DNA of 37,005 nucleotides from Thermoplasmatota archaeon (GTDB lineage: Archaea > Thermoplasmatota > E2 > DHVEG-1), in NCBI GenBank assembly GCA_041650455.1, contig JBAZLE010000002.1:1-37005 (forward strand), given 5' to 3'. The notes below the pieces were generated by a model. The model had not been told where the DNA came from, searched no databases, and saw only the letters and a program-made list of their open reading frames with translations. Shown here piece after piece: positions 18,427-25,921 of the stretch; positions within the stretch are counted from its first letter, which is position 1; every line of letters starts with the position of its first letter. A program made the translations under genes and the position numbers.

Positions 18427-18697
18427 TCATTTGGTTATTTCGGTAGCATCCTTCTTTTACAAAACAATCCTTGACACTAGATTCTCGTTTTATTTTTTGT
18501 CTAAAATTTCATATCATATATGATATAAAACCAGATAATGTAAAATGAAATCTGAGATGAAGAAATTGGTGCAGAGATTGTTTTTCATCGCCCCGTTCCA
18601 TCTTCCTTTGGTAGGGGATTTGCCACAAAAACGTTCGGACTATTTTGTGCGAGTGACGACCAAATACAAAAGGATATGATCTGTGTAATTTCTTTGT

Positions 18698-18844
18698 TTA
18701 TTTAAGTTGTTCAATCATGTGTCGAGGCACAACCAAATCCGACTGTGGAACGATATGTTCAGGGCAATTAAACACCCACACCCTCTTCTTTTTATCATAG
18801 ACTATATCGGTGGCCTTTCTTCCGCAGACTACACATGACGCCAT
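18698..18844 (-). CDS. tiny zinc-binding protein (48 aa)
   Basis: Not in the ORF track. The product is MASCVVCGRKATDIVYDKKKRVWVFNCPEHIVPQSDLVVPRHMIEQLK (CxxC..CxxH). A perfect promoter-like motif lies 32 nt upstream. Confidence 0.5.
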   Translation of the reverse strand: MASCVVCGRKATDIVYDKKKRVWVFNCPEHIVPQSDLVVPRHMIEQLK

Positions 18845-18876
18845 TTATTCAACCATGCATAATAAACTTTTTTCTG

Positions 18877-18891
18877 TTTAAAAACATATCC
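18877..18891 (-). promoter_or_regulatory. promoter-like motif copy 3, TTTAAAAACATATCC
   Basis: A perfect 15-mer, 32 nt upstream of the ATG at 18844 and just downstream of the stop of 18899-19609. Confidence 0.55.
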
Positions 18892-18898
18892 TTGTTTT

Positions 18899-19609
18899 TC
18901 AGCCGATGGTCCGTGCTTCCAGCTTAAACGAGATAGACTGAACATCATCGAGGAATTCTCCGCGATAGTCGATTCGAAAATCCTTTGTATACCCCGACGG
19001 GATATTATTCCCCGATGTTTTTTCTGATGTTAACCACCCTTCACTCATATTGTAAAAATTAACGGTGATTACTGCGGAAGTCAAAAACGCTTCACCAATG
19101 TTTTTCGCTGAACCAGTGATAAGAATAACAGATACATTATTATCAGTATAAAACTCATCGATACGATACAGTAACCCGTTGGTATGGGTAAAACCAGTAT
19201 AGTTCTCATTCCAAATGACCCAATAATTTGTGGAAAAATACGCATCACAAACGTCTTTCCGTTTTGAAAAATTAACCGTGATATCGCTGATATTTAGTTC
19301 ATAGGGTACTTCTTCTCGAAACACACTGGTGTACTCTGAGTTGTCTGATGTTGAACGAAGTTCTAGGTATTTCTTTTTCACAATTTGATGAGTGACTATT
19401 TGTATCAAATCTGTGTCACCAGTAACTTTTGTGCCATCAGGCAAGGTTATCTCTGGCGGTTCTGAATTATTCACACATCCGCTCAGTCCAGCAGAAAGAA
19501 GAATAATGCTTACTCCGATAAGGATGATTAGTTTTCTAAAGATATGTTTACTCCCCAGTATAGTTAGTTCAAATACGTGCAAGCTTAAAAACATATCTAT
19601 CAACTTCAT
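18899..19609 (-). CDS. putative lipoprotein (lipobox-like LSGC), function unknown
   Basis: 236-aa ORF. The segment KHIFRKLIILIGVSIILLSAGLSGC looks like a lipoprotein signal peptide. The first about 20 codons overlap a near-copy of the promoter-like motif, so the true start is uncertain. Confidence 0.5.
   Translation of the reverse strand: MKLIDMFLSLHVFELTILGSKHIFRKLIILIGVSIILLSAGLSGCVNNSEPPEITLPDGTKVTGDTDLIQIVTHQIVKKKYLELRSTSDNSEYTSVFREEVPYELNISDITVNFSKRKDVCDAYFSTNYWVIWNENYTGFTHTNGLLYRIDEFYTDNNVSVILITGSAKNIGEAFLTSAVITVNFYNMSEGWLTSEKTSGNNIPSGYTKDFRIDYRGEFLDDVQSISFKLEARTIG
19584..19598 (-). promoter_or_regulatory. promoter-like motif near-copy 4, CTTAAAAACATATCT (13/15)
   Basis: This copy lies inside the annotated 5' end of the 18899-19609 ORF. 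The ATG of codon 6 is the ATG embedded in the motif. Confidence 0.3.
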
Positions 19610-19701
19610 ATCAATCTTGAAGTTAAGCTGTTTTTACTCACCGAGTCCTCCCGAAGAATTAATATGAAGAGACGCGATTACAAAAAGTGGTGGTGAGTAG
19701 C

Positions 19702-19968
19702 ATGAACATAGATTCTCTTCTTCCAACCTCTCTGAGTGATGTTTGGGCAATAGTGTTTTGGGTGATGATTATCCTTGTTGTGATTGCTGCGGTTCTTTTT
19801 TATTTATATTATCGAAAAGCGTCTAAAAAAGTAGTAAAGATGCGAGAGGATCTTTCTACGAAGGAAAACACAATCAACCAACTGAAGAAATCCAAAGACG
19901 ACACCTTGAAAGAACTTACGGATCTGAAGGAGAAAGTCGATAAAATCATTGAAAGAGAAAAAAAATAA
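19702..19968 (+). CDS. small single-pass membrane protein with charged coiled-coil tail
   Basis: The ORF track begins at 19687 (GTG). The ATG at 19702 is preceded by GGTGGTGA. The TM segment is VWAIVFWVMIILVVIAAVLFYLYY and a KE-rich helix follows. Confidence 0.5.
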   Translation: MNIDSLLPTSLSDVWAIVFWVMIILVVIAAVLFYLYYRKASKKVVKMREDLSTKENTINQLKKSKDDTLKELTDLKEKVDKIIEREKK

Positions 19969-20146
19969 TCGTCTCCGTACGTATATGGTTTACTTGGTGA
20001 TAGGGATGCCGTGCACCGATTGTAAACTTGAGTTGTATCGTGATGTATTTCCGAACTGATATTTAGGCACCATAGGATTATAAATCAGGAACATGAAATA
20101 AGAACATAGGGATTGTTTCCTAACGGTGGTAAACGGAGAGATATCC

Positions 20147-22087
20147 ATGCGAAAAAGAAAATGTACGGGGCAAGGGATGCACGTTCTGGGTCAGATCAGA
20201 CAGGATACGGCTGTCGCTGAGGTCGTCGGAGAAATTCTCATGTTAACTATGATTGCTTCGATCATCGGTTTTTTATATTTCAACGTGTCATCGATTCCAG
20301 AACCCAGTGTTACGAAAAATGTAACGATTCTTGGTACAGTTGAGGAAAACAATCTGGTTTTACAACATCAAAAAGGAGAGTCCTTAAACTTAGATACGGC
20401 AGTTACCCTAAACATGGTCATTCACAACGAGACGTTTTTAGTGAAAAACTATTTAGACGCAAAGGCCTTGCTGGATGGAGAATGGAGTATCGGGGAGAAC
20501 GTCATATATCCGTTTCCGTTCAATCTCAGTAATATTCAAAGTCATTTCACCGCGTCGCTTCATGTAGCAGATAAGGAAAGCAACTCCCTGGTTTTTATTG
20601 GTGGGTTTGATGTCTATCCAGAAACTGATTTAGGAGTCACCATCACTGCTGATAATCTCGCTCCAGCGATTGGAGACCAGGTGAATTTCACGATTTGCGT
20701 GACAAATTCGAAAGGTGCACCAGCAAAAAACATTGAAATCCTTTGTGTTTTATCCAGGAATTTTTCTTATTTCAGTAATATTTCATCAAGAGGATTCTAT
20801 AACTCGGATACAGGGATTTGGAATGTGAGTTATTTGGAGGTGGGGGAATCTGCTTGTCTTACCATTACCGCGATTGTTATGCTTTCCTCAGAGCCGACCC
20901 AGTTGGCGATGGTTCTTGATGGTTCGGGAAGTATTTCTTCGAGTGATTGGAATATTATGAGGGAGGGTCTTGCGCGATCGATTGAGAATTCAAGTGTCTT
21001 TCCTCATGATGGAAATGTGGAACTGACTGTGGTTCAATTCGGTCAGAGACATGCGCAGCGAGAATTAGGACCAGTTACGGTGACAAAGAGTAATTATCTC
21101 TCCATTGGAGCGCAAATAAGGAGTATCAGTCAACTTGGCGGGTACACACCTATTAGCTGTGGGATTCGGCTGGCTGCAGATCTCTTACGGAACAATGGCA
21201 ATTTCGCTCCAAGTAAAAGGCAGATCATCAATTTAGTCACGGATGGTGTTGCGAACTGCTACTGGACGACTGGATATTCAGGAATCTATCAAGGATACGA
21301 TGGTTGGGGTGAAGGTGAAGATCGGTACCATACCGGGGATTCTTCAGCGAAAGCAAGCTCCAATAGACGGGGGGATATTACCTCCGATGATGTCGATACA
21401 ACTGGAGCGACAAGCATCACGGTTGATTTTTGGTATCGATTAGATGATACCGAGTCAGATGACCTCTACCTGTACTATTATGATGGAAGCTCTTATGATT
21501 ATATCACCGCTCTGGGTGGTGGCGCGGAGGACATCTGGCTTCATTATACGCATACGATTACGCATCCGCAATATTTTAAACCAGACTTCAAAATCCGCCT
21601 GAGAAGCCAACCTGAATTTGGTGAAAATGTCTGGATTGATGATGTGAGAATCAGAACGAATACTAACGAATTGTTCAATGATAGTTTTGAGAGCGAGTAT
21701 TGGGCTGAGCATTGGTGGAACCCTGGACTGAAAAGTGCAGAGGATGCTTCGTTATATTTAAATCAAACACTTCAAATGACCAGCAGTCGAGATGAGTTTG
21801 ATGCCCTTGCGGTTGGTATTGGTGGCATGTATGGTGGACCGGATGTGGATTGGTTAAAGAGTAATGTAGTCTGGCCGCAACCAGGTCGCTTTGCACCACC
21901 GTACATAGCAGGTTGGGTAAGAGCGATTACATCGTGGCAGGAGTTTGAAGAGACGATTCATGAAGTATTTAGCGGTTATTTCGGTATTTCCAATCAGAAC
22001 TTAGTAAAGATTATTACAGTCACACCGTCGACTGACCCTCGCCCTGAAAATAACGAGGTAAGTATCGTCTTAGATACGGGCGGGTAA
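20147..22087 (+). CDS. archaeal type IV pilin-like N-terminal domain protein with DUF11-like repeat and von Willebrand factor A domain
   Basis: The ATG is at 20147. The N terminus ..RQDTAVAEVVGEILMLTMIASIIGFLYF matches the archaeal pilin/DUF1628 pattern (D.AVSEVIG.ILM..). The segment ITADNLAPAIGDQVNFTICVTNSKGAPAKNIEI is a DUF11-like repeat. vWA MIDAS context is present (MVLDGSGSISSSDW ... LVTDGVAN). Confidence 0.6.
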   Translation: MRKRKCTGQGMHVLGQIRQDTAVAEVVGEILMLTMIASIIGFLYFNVSSIPEPSVTKNVTILGTVEENNLVLQHQKGESLNLDTAVTLNMVIHNETFLVKNYLDAKALLDGEWSIGENVIYPFPFNLSNIQSHFTASLHVADKESNSLVFIGGFDVYPETDLGVTITADNLAPAIGDQVNFTICVTNSKGAPAKNIEILCVLSRNFSYFSNISSRGFYNSDTGIWNVSYLEVGESACLTITAIVMLSSEPTQLAMVLDGSGSISSSDWNIMREGLARSIENSSVFPHDGNVELTVVQFGQRHAQRELGPVTVTKSNYLSIGAQIRSISQLGGYTPISCGIRLAADLLRNNGNFAPSKRQIINLVTDGVANCYWTTGYSGIYQGYDGWGEGEDRYHTGDSSAKASSNRRGDITSDDVDTTGATSITVDFWYRLDDTESDDLYLYYYDGSSYDYITALGGGAEDIWLHYTHTITHPQYFKPDFKIRLRSQPEFGENVWIDDVRIRTNTNELFNDSFESEYWAEHWWNPGLKSAEDASLYLNQTLQMTSSRDEFDALAVGIGGMYGGPDVDWLKSNVVWPQPGRFAPPYIAGWVRAITSWQEFEETIHEVFSGYFGISNQNLVKIITVTPSTDPRPENNEVSIVLDTGG

Positions 22088-22303
22088 CCAACGCGTGGCG
22101 TAAACCTTCGTCGCTTCATTTCTAACAGAAAACGTGGTTGATCGTCGAAGCATCAGGAGGAACATCCAACGAATTATTTTTGTGAATCGATCCATGAACA
22201 AACTATGTAAGGGGTATTCCCTTGCAGGTTCAGTTATGTATGTTGGAAAAGAGAACTGGTTATTTCCATAAATTTTTTCTTGAAACATGGTTATCGAACA
22301 CAT
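22070..22303 (-). CDS. possible small ORF translationally close-coupled to 22307-22588
   Basis: 77 aa. Its ATG lies 3 nt after the stop of the upstream gene. It has no recognisable motif, and its end overlaps the convergent vWA gene by 18 nt. Confidence 0.25.
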   Translation of the reverse strand: MCSITMFQEKIYGNNQFSFPTYITEPAREYPLHSLFMDRFTKIIRWMFLLMLRRSTTFSVRNEATKVYATRWLPARI

Positions 22304-22306
22304 ACT

Positions 22307-22588
22307 TCAGGTGATTTCTTTTTTGCATTCGGGGCACACTGCCACGGTAGAACCATCTCTTTTGATTTCTTCTGGTTGAACAAAATTCAGACCACAGTAT
22401 GAACAATGGTATGTGGGGATATAGTTCGGAGGTGGATGGTTGGGTGGCTCTGTTTGCGGGGGGCTACTGGTTTTTGTCGGTGGTGGTTGATTTCTTTGTG
22501 AAGAGCCCCTATTTTTTGTAATCAGAGAAATTATTACGAATACAACAATAAGGAATATGGTTACAATGCAACAGGTTTCTAACACCAT
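22307..22588 (-). CDS. TM / Pro-rich linker / zinc-ribbon small protein
   Basis: 93 aa. The TM segment is CCIVTIFLIVVFVIISLI. The linker is QPPPTKTSSPPQTEPPNHPPPNY. The zinc ribbon is CSYCGLNF..CPECKK. A near-copy of the promoter-like motif lies 44 nt upstream. Confidence 0.55.
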   Translation of the reverse strand: MVLETCCIVTIFLIVVFVIISLITKNRGSSQRNQPPPTKTSSPPQTEPPNHPPPNYIPTYHCSYCGLNFVQPEEIKRDGSTVAVCPECKKEIT

Positions 22589-22631
22589 AAAACTTTCCGC
22601 TCTTGTTCCCTACGCGACTATCGTTCTTCTC

Positions 22632-22646
22632 CTTAAATACATATCC
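22632..22646 (-). promoter_or_regulatory. promoter-like motif near-copy 5, CTTAAATACATATCC (13/15)
   Basis: It lies upstream of the ATG at 22588. On the minus strand it reads GGATATGTATTTAAG. Confidence 0.4.
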
Positions 22647-22783
22647 TCCTGTGATCAAGCAGTGACCCGATCCTAAGATAGAATGAGGTATTTTGTACGA
22701 AAGTTCGAAAACCTTGTCAGAGTAGCGGAGGATCACCATCTTTTCCTTGGGGCTGATTTGATTTCTACAGGTGGAAAAAACGA

Positions 22784-23215
22784 TTATTCTCCTACGAGTT
22801 GCACGATGAGGTTTCTTCTGCGTGGTTGAGTATCAAGTTCGATAAATATGAGTTGTTGCCATGTGCCATGGAGTATTTTCTTGTTCTGAAATGGTACGGT
22901 AAGACTAGCACCCATGAGAGTGGCTTTTACATGACTTCGTCCATTATCATCATGCCATGTTTCATGATGCTCGTACTCTTGATTCTTTGGTGCTATCTTG
23001 TCTAAGGCTCTTGGTACATCTTGCTTTAATCCAGGTTCATATTCCATCGTTGAAAGCGTTCCTGTGGAACCTGGGACAAATACCATGCAGATGCCTTCTT
23101 GTAATCCAGAGTGGGAGACGATGCTCTGAACATCTTCTGTGATATCGATGATATCGTTTTCCCCGGAAGTTTCTATATCAATGCTATCATGATAGACGGC
23201 CATTAAGAGATGCAT
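22784..23215 (-). CDS. YjbQ/UPF0047 family protein (secondary thiamine-phosphate synthase-like)
   Basis: 143 aa. The pattern ..IDITEDVQ..GLQEGICMVFVPGSTGTLSTMEYEPGL..D....HHETWHDDNGRSHVKATLMGASLTVPF..GTWQQLIFIELD is characteristic of UPF0047. Confidence 0.8.
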   Translation of the reverse strand: MHLLMAVYHDSIDIETSGENDIIDITEDVQSIVSHSGLQEGICMVFVPGSTGTLSTMEYEPGLKQDVPRALDKIAPKNQEYEHHETWHDDNGRSHVKATLMGASLTVPFQNKKILHGTWQQLIFIELDTQPRRRNLIVQLVGE

Positions 23216-23453
23216 TTACGACTTTGCTTATAACAATATTGGGGGAGGGGGTCTTCCACATGGTGAAGGCAGAGTAATCCCCGTTTACTTGACCGAGATG
23301 CAGAACCTTACCGATCATTACTCTGAAAGCATGGAGTAGAAAACGCTCGAAATCCTCCGTAACACGACACTCCTTCTATAATTTCTTTGTTCTACTCTTT
23401 GTTCTTTCCATCTATTGAAAAAGTTAAAAATCATCCAAGGTTTTAGGATACGT

Positions 23454-24134
23454 ATGAATGGAAGAAAAACGTACTATTCGTTCGATGAGATTCCCTTCAA
23501 GAGCAAGGAACCCTATGGTTCTTCAATCGAGCCGCCTGGCATTAAATTCAGCAAACAAGAGATTCTTCACATCGTTATTGCGATGGCGGTTCTCACGGTC
23601 GCCTTTACATTCGCCTTTCTCCCGTATCCTCCCTTCAGTCATTTAGATCAGGTTCTCACGTATCTCCCTCTTTCCTTCATCGCGATTGTTACAGCGTTTT
23701 TCTGTCATGAAATGGCTCATAAATATATAGGGCAAAAGTTCGGGTATTGGTCTGAATTTCGAATGTATCCCCAGGGGCTGTTCTTTGCTCTTGTCTTAGG
23801 GATGTTTGCTGGGATTGTCTTTGCTGCCCCGGGTGCTGTTCAAATTTTTGGGTCACCAAACCGAGAGGAAATGGGGAAGATTTCCATGGCGGGTCCTTCC
23901 ACGAACCTTCTCCTCGGGTTGATCTTTTTCGGGATTTGGATGCTCTCCGATGGTATGATGAGTACCATTTCGTATTATGTCTCTTACATCAACGTATTTT
24001 TGTCGCTCTTCAATCTTCTTCCCTTCGGTCCCTTAGATGGATTAAAAATATTCAGGTGGAAAAAAGGGGTATGGGGCGTACTCTTCGGACTTGACCTCGT
24101 CGTCTTGCTTGCGTTATGGGGGGTGTTTTTTTAA
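23454..24134 (+). CDS. site-2 protease family (peptidase M50) membrane metalloprotease
   Basis: It carries HEMAHK (HExxH) within a TM helix and NLLPFGPLDG (the M50 second motif), plus several other TM segments. The ATG is at 23454; the ORF track begins at TTG 23415. Confidence 0.8.
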   Translation: MNGRKTYYSFDEIPFKSKEPYGSSIEPPGIKFSKQEILHIVIAMAVLTVAFTFAFLPYPPFSHLDQVLTYLPLSFIAIVTAFFCHEMAHKYIGQKFGYWSEFRMYPQGLFFALVLGMFAGIVFAAPGAVQIFGSPNREEMGKISMAGPSTNLLLGLIFFGIWMLSDGMMSTISYYVSYINVFLSLFNLLPFGPLDGLKIFRWKKGVWGVLFGLDLVVLLALWGVFF

Positions 24135-24410
24135 AATCACCCGCCCTTAACCTTTTTTTCCTAGTGATATATCATACATAGAAAGTGCATAATAGAATCA
24201 GCAACGTTCTTCTCACTCCTTAACCATTTTTTTAGCAATTATTTATCATCCGATCCTTAAAGTCCCCTGTTCAGTGTGATGTTTTACCTTATAATAGAGC
24301 GCTTTCTAATTCTAACGAAGGACGTGTTCTCAATTGTTTCAAGGAATGGAAGATAATACCCCTCGTACATCGAATCTTATGTTCGTTAGCCTTCTCGTCG
24401 GACTTGGTAT

Positions 24411-25400
24411 CTATCCTGCAGCTATTATCCAAAAAATAATGAGTAAAAAGCCGCTTACCTCAGTTTCTGTCTCTTCTGCATTTAATGCCCAGGTCATTAC
24501 TTTAATAGTAACTGGACCAAAACCACCAAAACCAAAAAGAGGACCGACCATCAGCATGAGACTTTCATTCGCAGATAACTCAGAAGTATTTGTGGAAAAA
24601 GAACTATTTATGTGATGAAGGAATCCACCGGTTATCTGAGCGGATACCTCAACATCATAAGCACTCACACTACCTACGTTTTTTATCCAGAATCTTGGTC
24701 GCAGCAGGCTTGGTTGAAATTCAATGACGAGGTTGGTGGCCTCTATTCCATACGTTCGAAAGACCATGTCCCATGTGGTGTTGTCTTCCTCTTTCGGGTT
24801 TGGATGTTGATGGTGATTCAATTCCAGGTCTACTGAATCATTGGTCCATGTGTCTCCATCATCAGTTGAAATCCATGCACAGCCGTTTGGATACGCCTCA
24901 GAATCATTATTTGCAGCCCACCCATAAAAATTATCCGTACTGTTTTCTGTGTAACATACCATGTAATAGGTTTGTCCAACGGTCACCCAGAGATTAGATA
25001 TATCAAATTCTACCCAGGAGAAATTATCTGTCGGAATATCGTCTGCTGAAACACTCGTGTTTACTAAATCGGGGTGAGTCAATTCATCTCGGATTCCAAG
25101 GGTAAATGGATATGACGCGCTAGCATTTTTTATAATGCTTACTTCGATTCTTGTAAGAATCGCTTTCTGTGGGATAAATGACTGTGCAATTTGAAAGTTT
25201 AAATCAACGATATCTGGAATGGTTAATCGTCCGACTGGAAGAATGATGTCTTCAACTGCGACTTCTTGAGATTGATCAATCTCATCTGTACCTTTTTCAA
25301 TTATCTCTTTGTTAGTAGCCAAAGTTGACCCTGGCAGTATGCATACGAGGGCAACAATGACCACTACCATAGCCTCCCATTGATGCTTTATTTTTTTCAT
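24411..25400 (-). CDS. secreted protein with C-terminal CARDB-like domain and hydrophobic C-terminal anchor
   Basis: 329 aa. The signal peptide is ..VVVIVALVCILPGSTLA. The C-terminal domain FWIKNVGSVSAYDVEVSAQITGGFL..INSS..GPLFGFGGFGPVTIKV.. resembles the domain in 9778-11778. The final segment is GFLLIIFWIIAAG. Confidence 0.5.
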   Translation of the reverse strand: MKKIKHQWEAMVVVIVALVCILPGSTLATNKEIIEKGTDEIDQSQEVAVEDIILPVGRLTIPDIVDLNFQIAQSFIPQKAILTRIEVSIIKNASASYPFTLGIRDELTHPDLVNTSVSADDIPTDNFSWVEFDISNLWVTVGQTYYMVCYTENSTDNFYGWAANNDSEAYPNGCAWISTDDGDTWTNDSVDLELNHHQHPNPKEEDNTTWDMVFRTYGIEATNLVIEFQPSLLRPRFWIKNVGSVSAYDVEVSAQITGGFLHHINSSFSTNTSELSANESLMLMVGPLFGFGGFGPVTIKVMTWALNAEETETEVSGFLLIIFWIIAAG

Positions 25401-25460
25401 ATATCTCTTACCTCTTTTTTTTTCTCAATTCTTTTCTTTTTACGTGGTTTTCTTTTCTAG

Positions 25461-25546
25461 GTGTTAGTATCATTTTTCCTTGTCGGTATTTGAATCCTCA
25501 GGTATTGGGAAAGAGCGATATTGCCTCCCATCATTGATACTAACAC
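25461..25546. repeat. 12-bp perfect inverted repeat GTGTTAGTATCA / TGATACTAACAC with 62-nt spacer
   Basis: The arms are at 25461-25472 and 25535-25546. They lie inside a 520-bp non-coding gap between divergent genes. Confidence 0.7.
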
Positions 25547-25921
25547 ACAGAGCAGGGGAAGATAGGAATTACTTATTCATTTCCTTATTTCTCCTCCCTG
25601 AATATCGCGTTAATGAAATTAATAGAATCATGTGTTATAAAAATTTTTTGGTTATTTATCACGACAAACGTAACAATAATGGTATGAGAAGAACCGGAGG
25701 ATGTATCTGTTAAGTAAACAGACATCGCCGTCATCGTCTAGGAGAAGAAATGTTCGTGTAAACACCGTGTGTGTTTGCTATTTTGCTGTTTCTCTTTATC
25801 CACCTTCCTTTGAACACTGATGTTGGCGATCTTGGTTGATATTATAGTATCGATAATTATATATACGGTGAAAATAATCATATAAAAATAAATTTAAAAT
25901 CAAAAATAAGAGGTAAGAAAT

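Noticed and set aside
18511-18526. A perfect 16-bp palindrome, ATATCATATATGATAT.
   Set aside because: It is made entirely of AT-rich dinucleotide-like sequence in a very AT-rich spacer, so it is likely to arise by chance. No second copy was seen.
18545-18679. A 44-aa + strand ORF (MKSEMKKLVQRLFFIAPFHLPLVGDLPQKRSDYFVRVTTKYKRI).
   Set aside because: It has no metal-binding pairs, no TM helix and no clear promoter spacing. I cannot distinguish it from a chance ORF.
22509-22739. A 76-aa minus-strand ORF spanning the 22632-22646 motif and overlapping the 5' end of 22307-22588.
   Set aside because: It is out of frame with the zinc-ribbon gene, contains the promoter-like element, and has no motifs.
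23241-23340. A relatively GC-rich stretch in the yjbQ/M50 divergent spacer. It has an 8-bp stem (AGAGTAAT 23271-23278 / ATTACTCT 23317-23324), an imperfect palindrome (GTCTTCCACATGGTGAAGGC) and a CTGA box. I considered a small RNA or C/D box sRNA.
   Set aside because: There is no C box (RTGATGA) and no K-turn arrangement. The stems are short. The stretch may just be 5' leaders or operator sites, and I cannot support an RNA gene without covariation or expression data.
24334-24615. A 93-aa + strand ORF overlapping the 3' end of 24411-25400.
   Set aside because: It is antisense to the hydrophobic C-terminal anchor of a better-supported gene and begins with TTG. It is most likely a shadow ORF.
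25480-25713. A 77-aa ORF in the long spacer.
   Set aside because: It begins with TTG, has no RBS or TATA context, has a low-complexity hydrophobic/Arg composition, and overlaps the inverted repeat.
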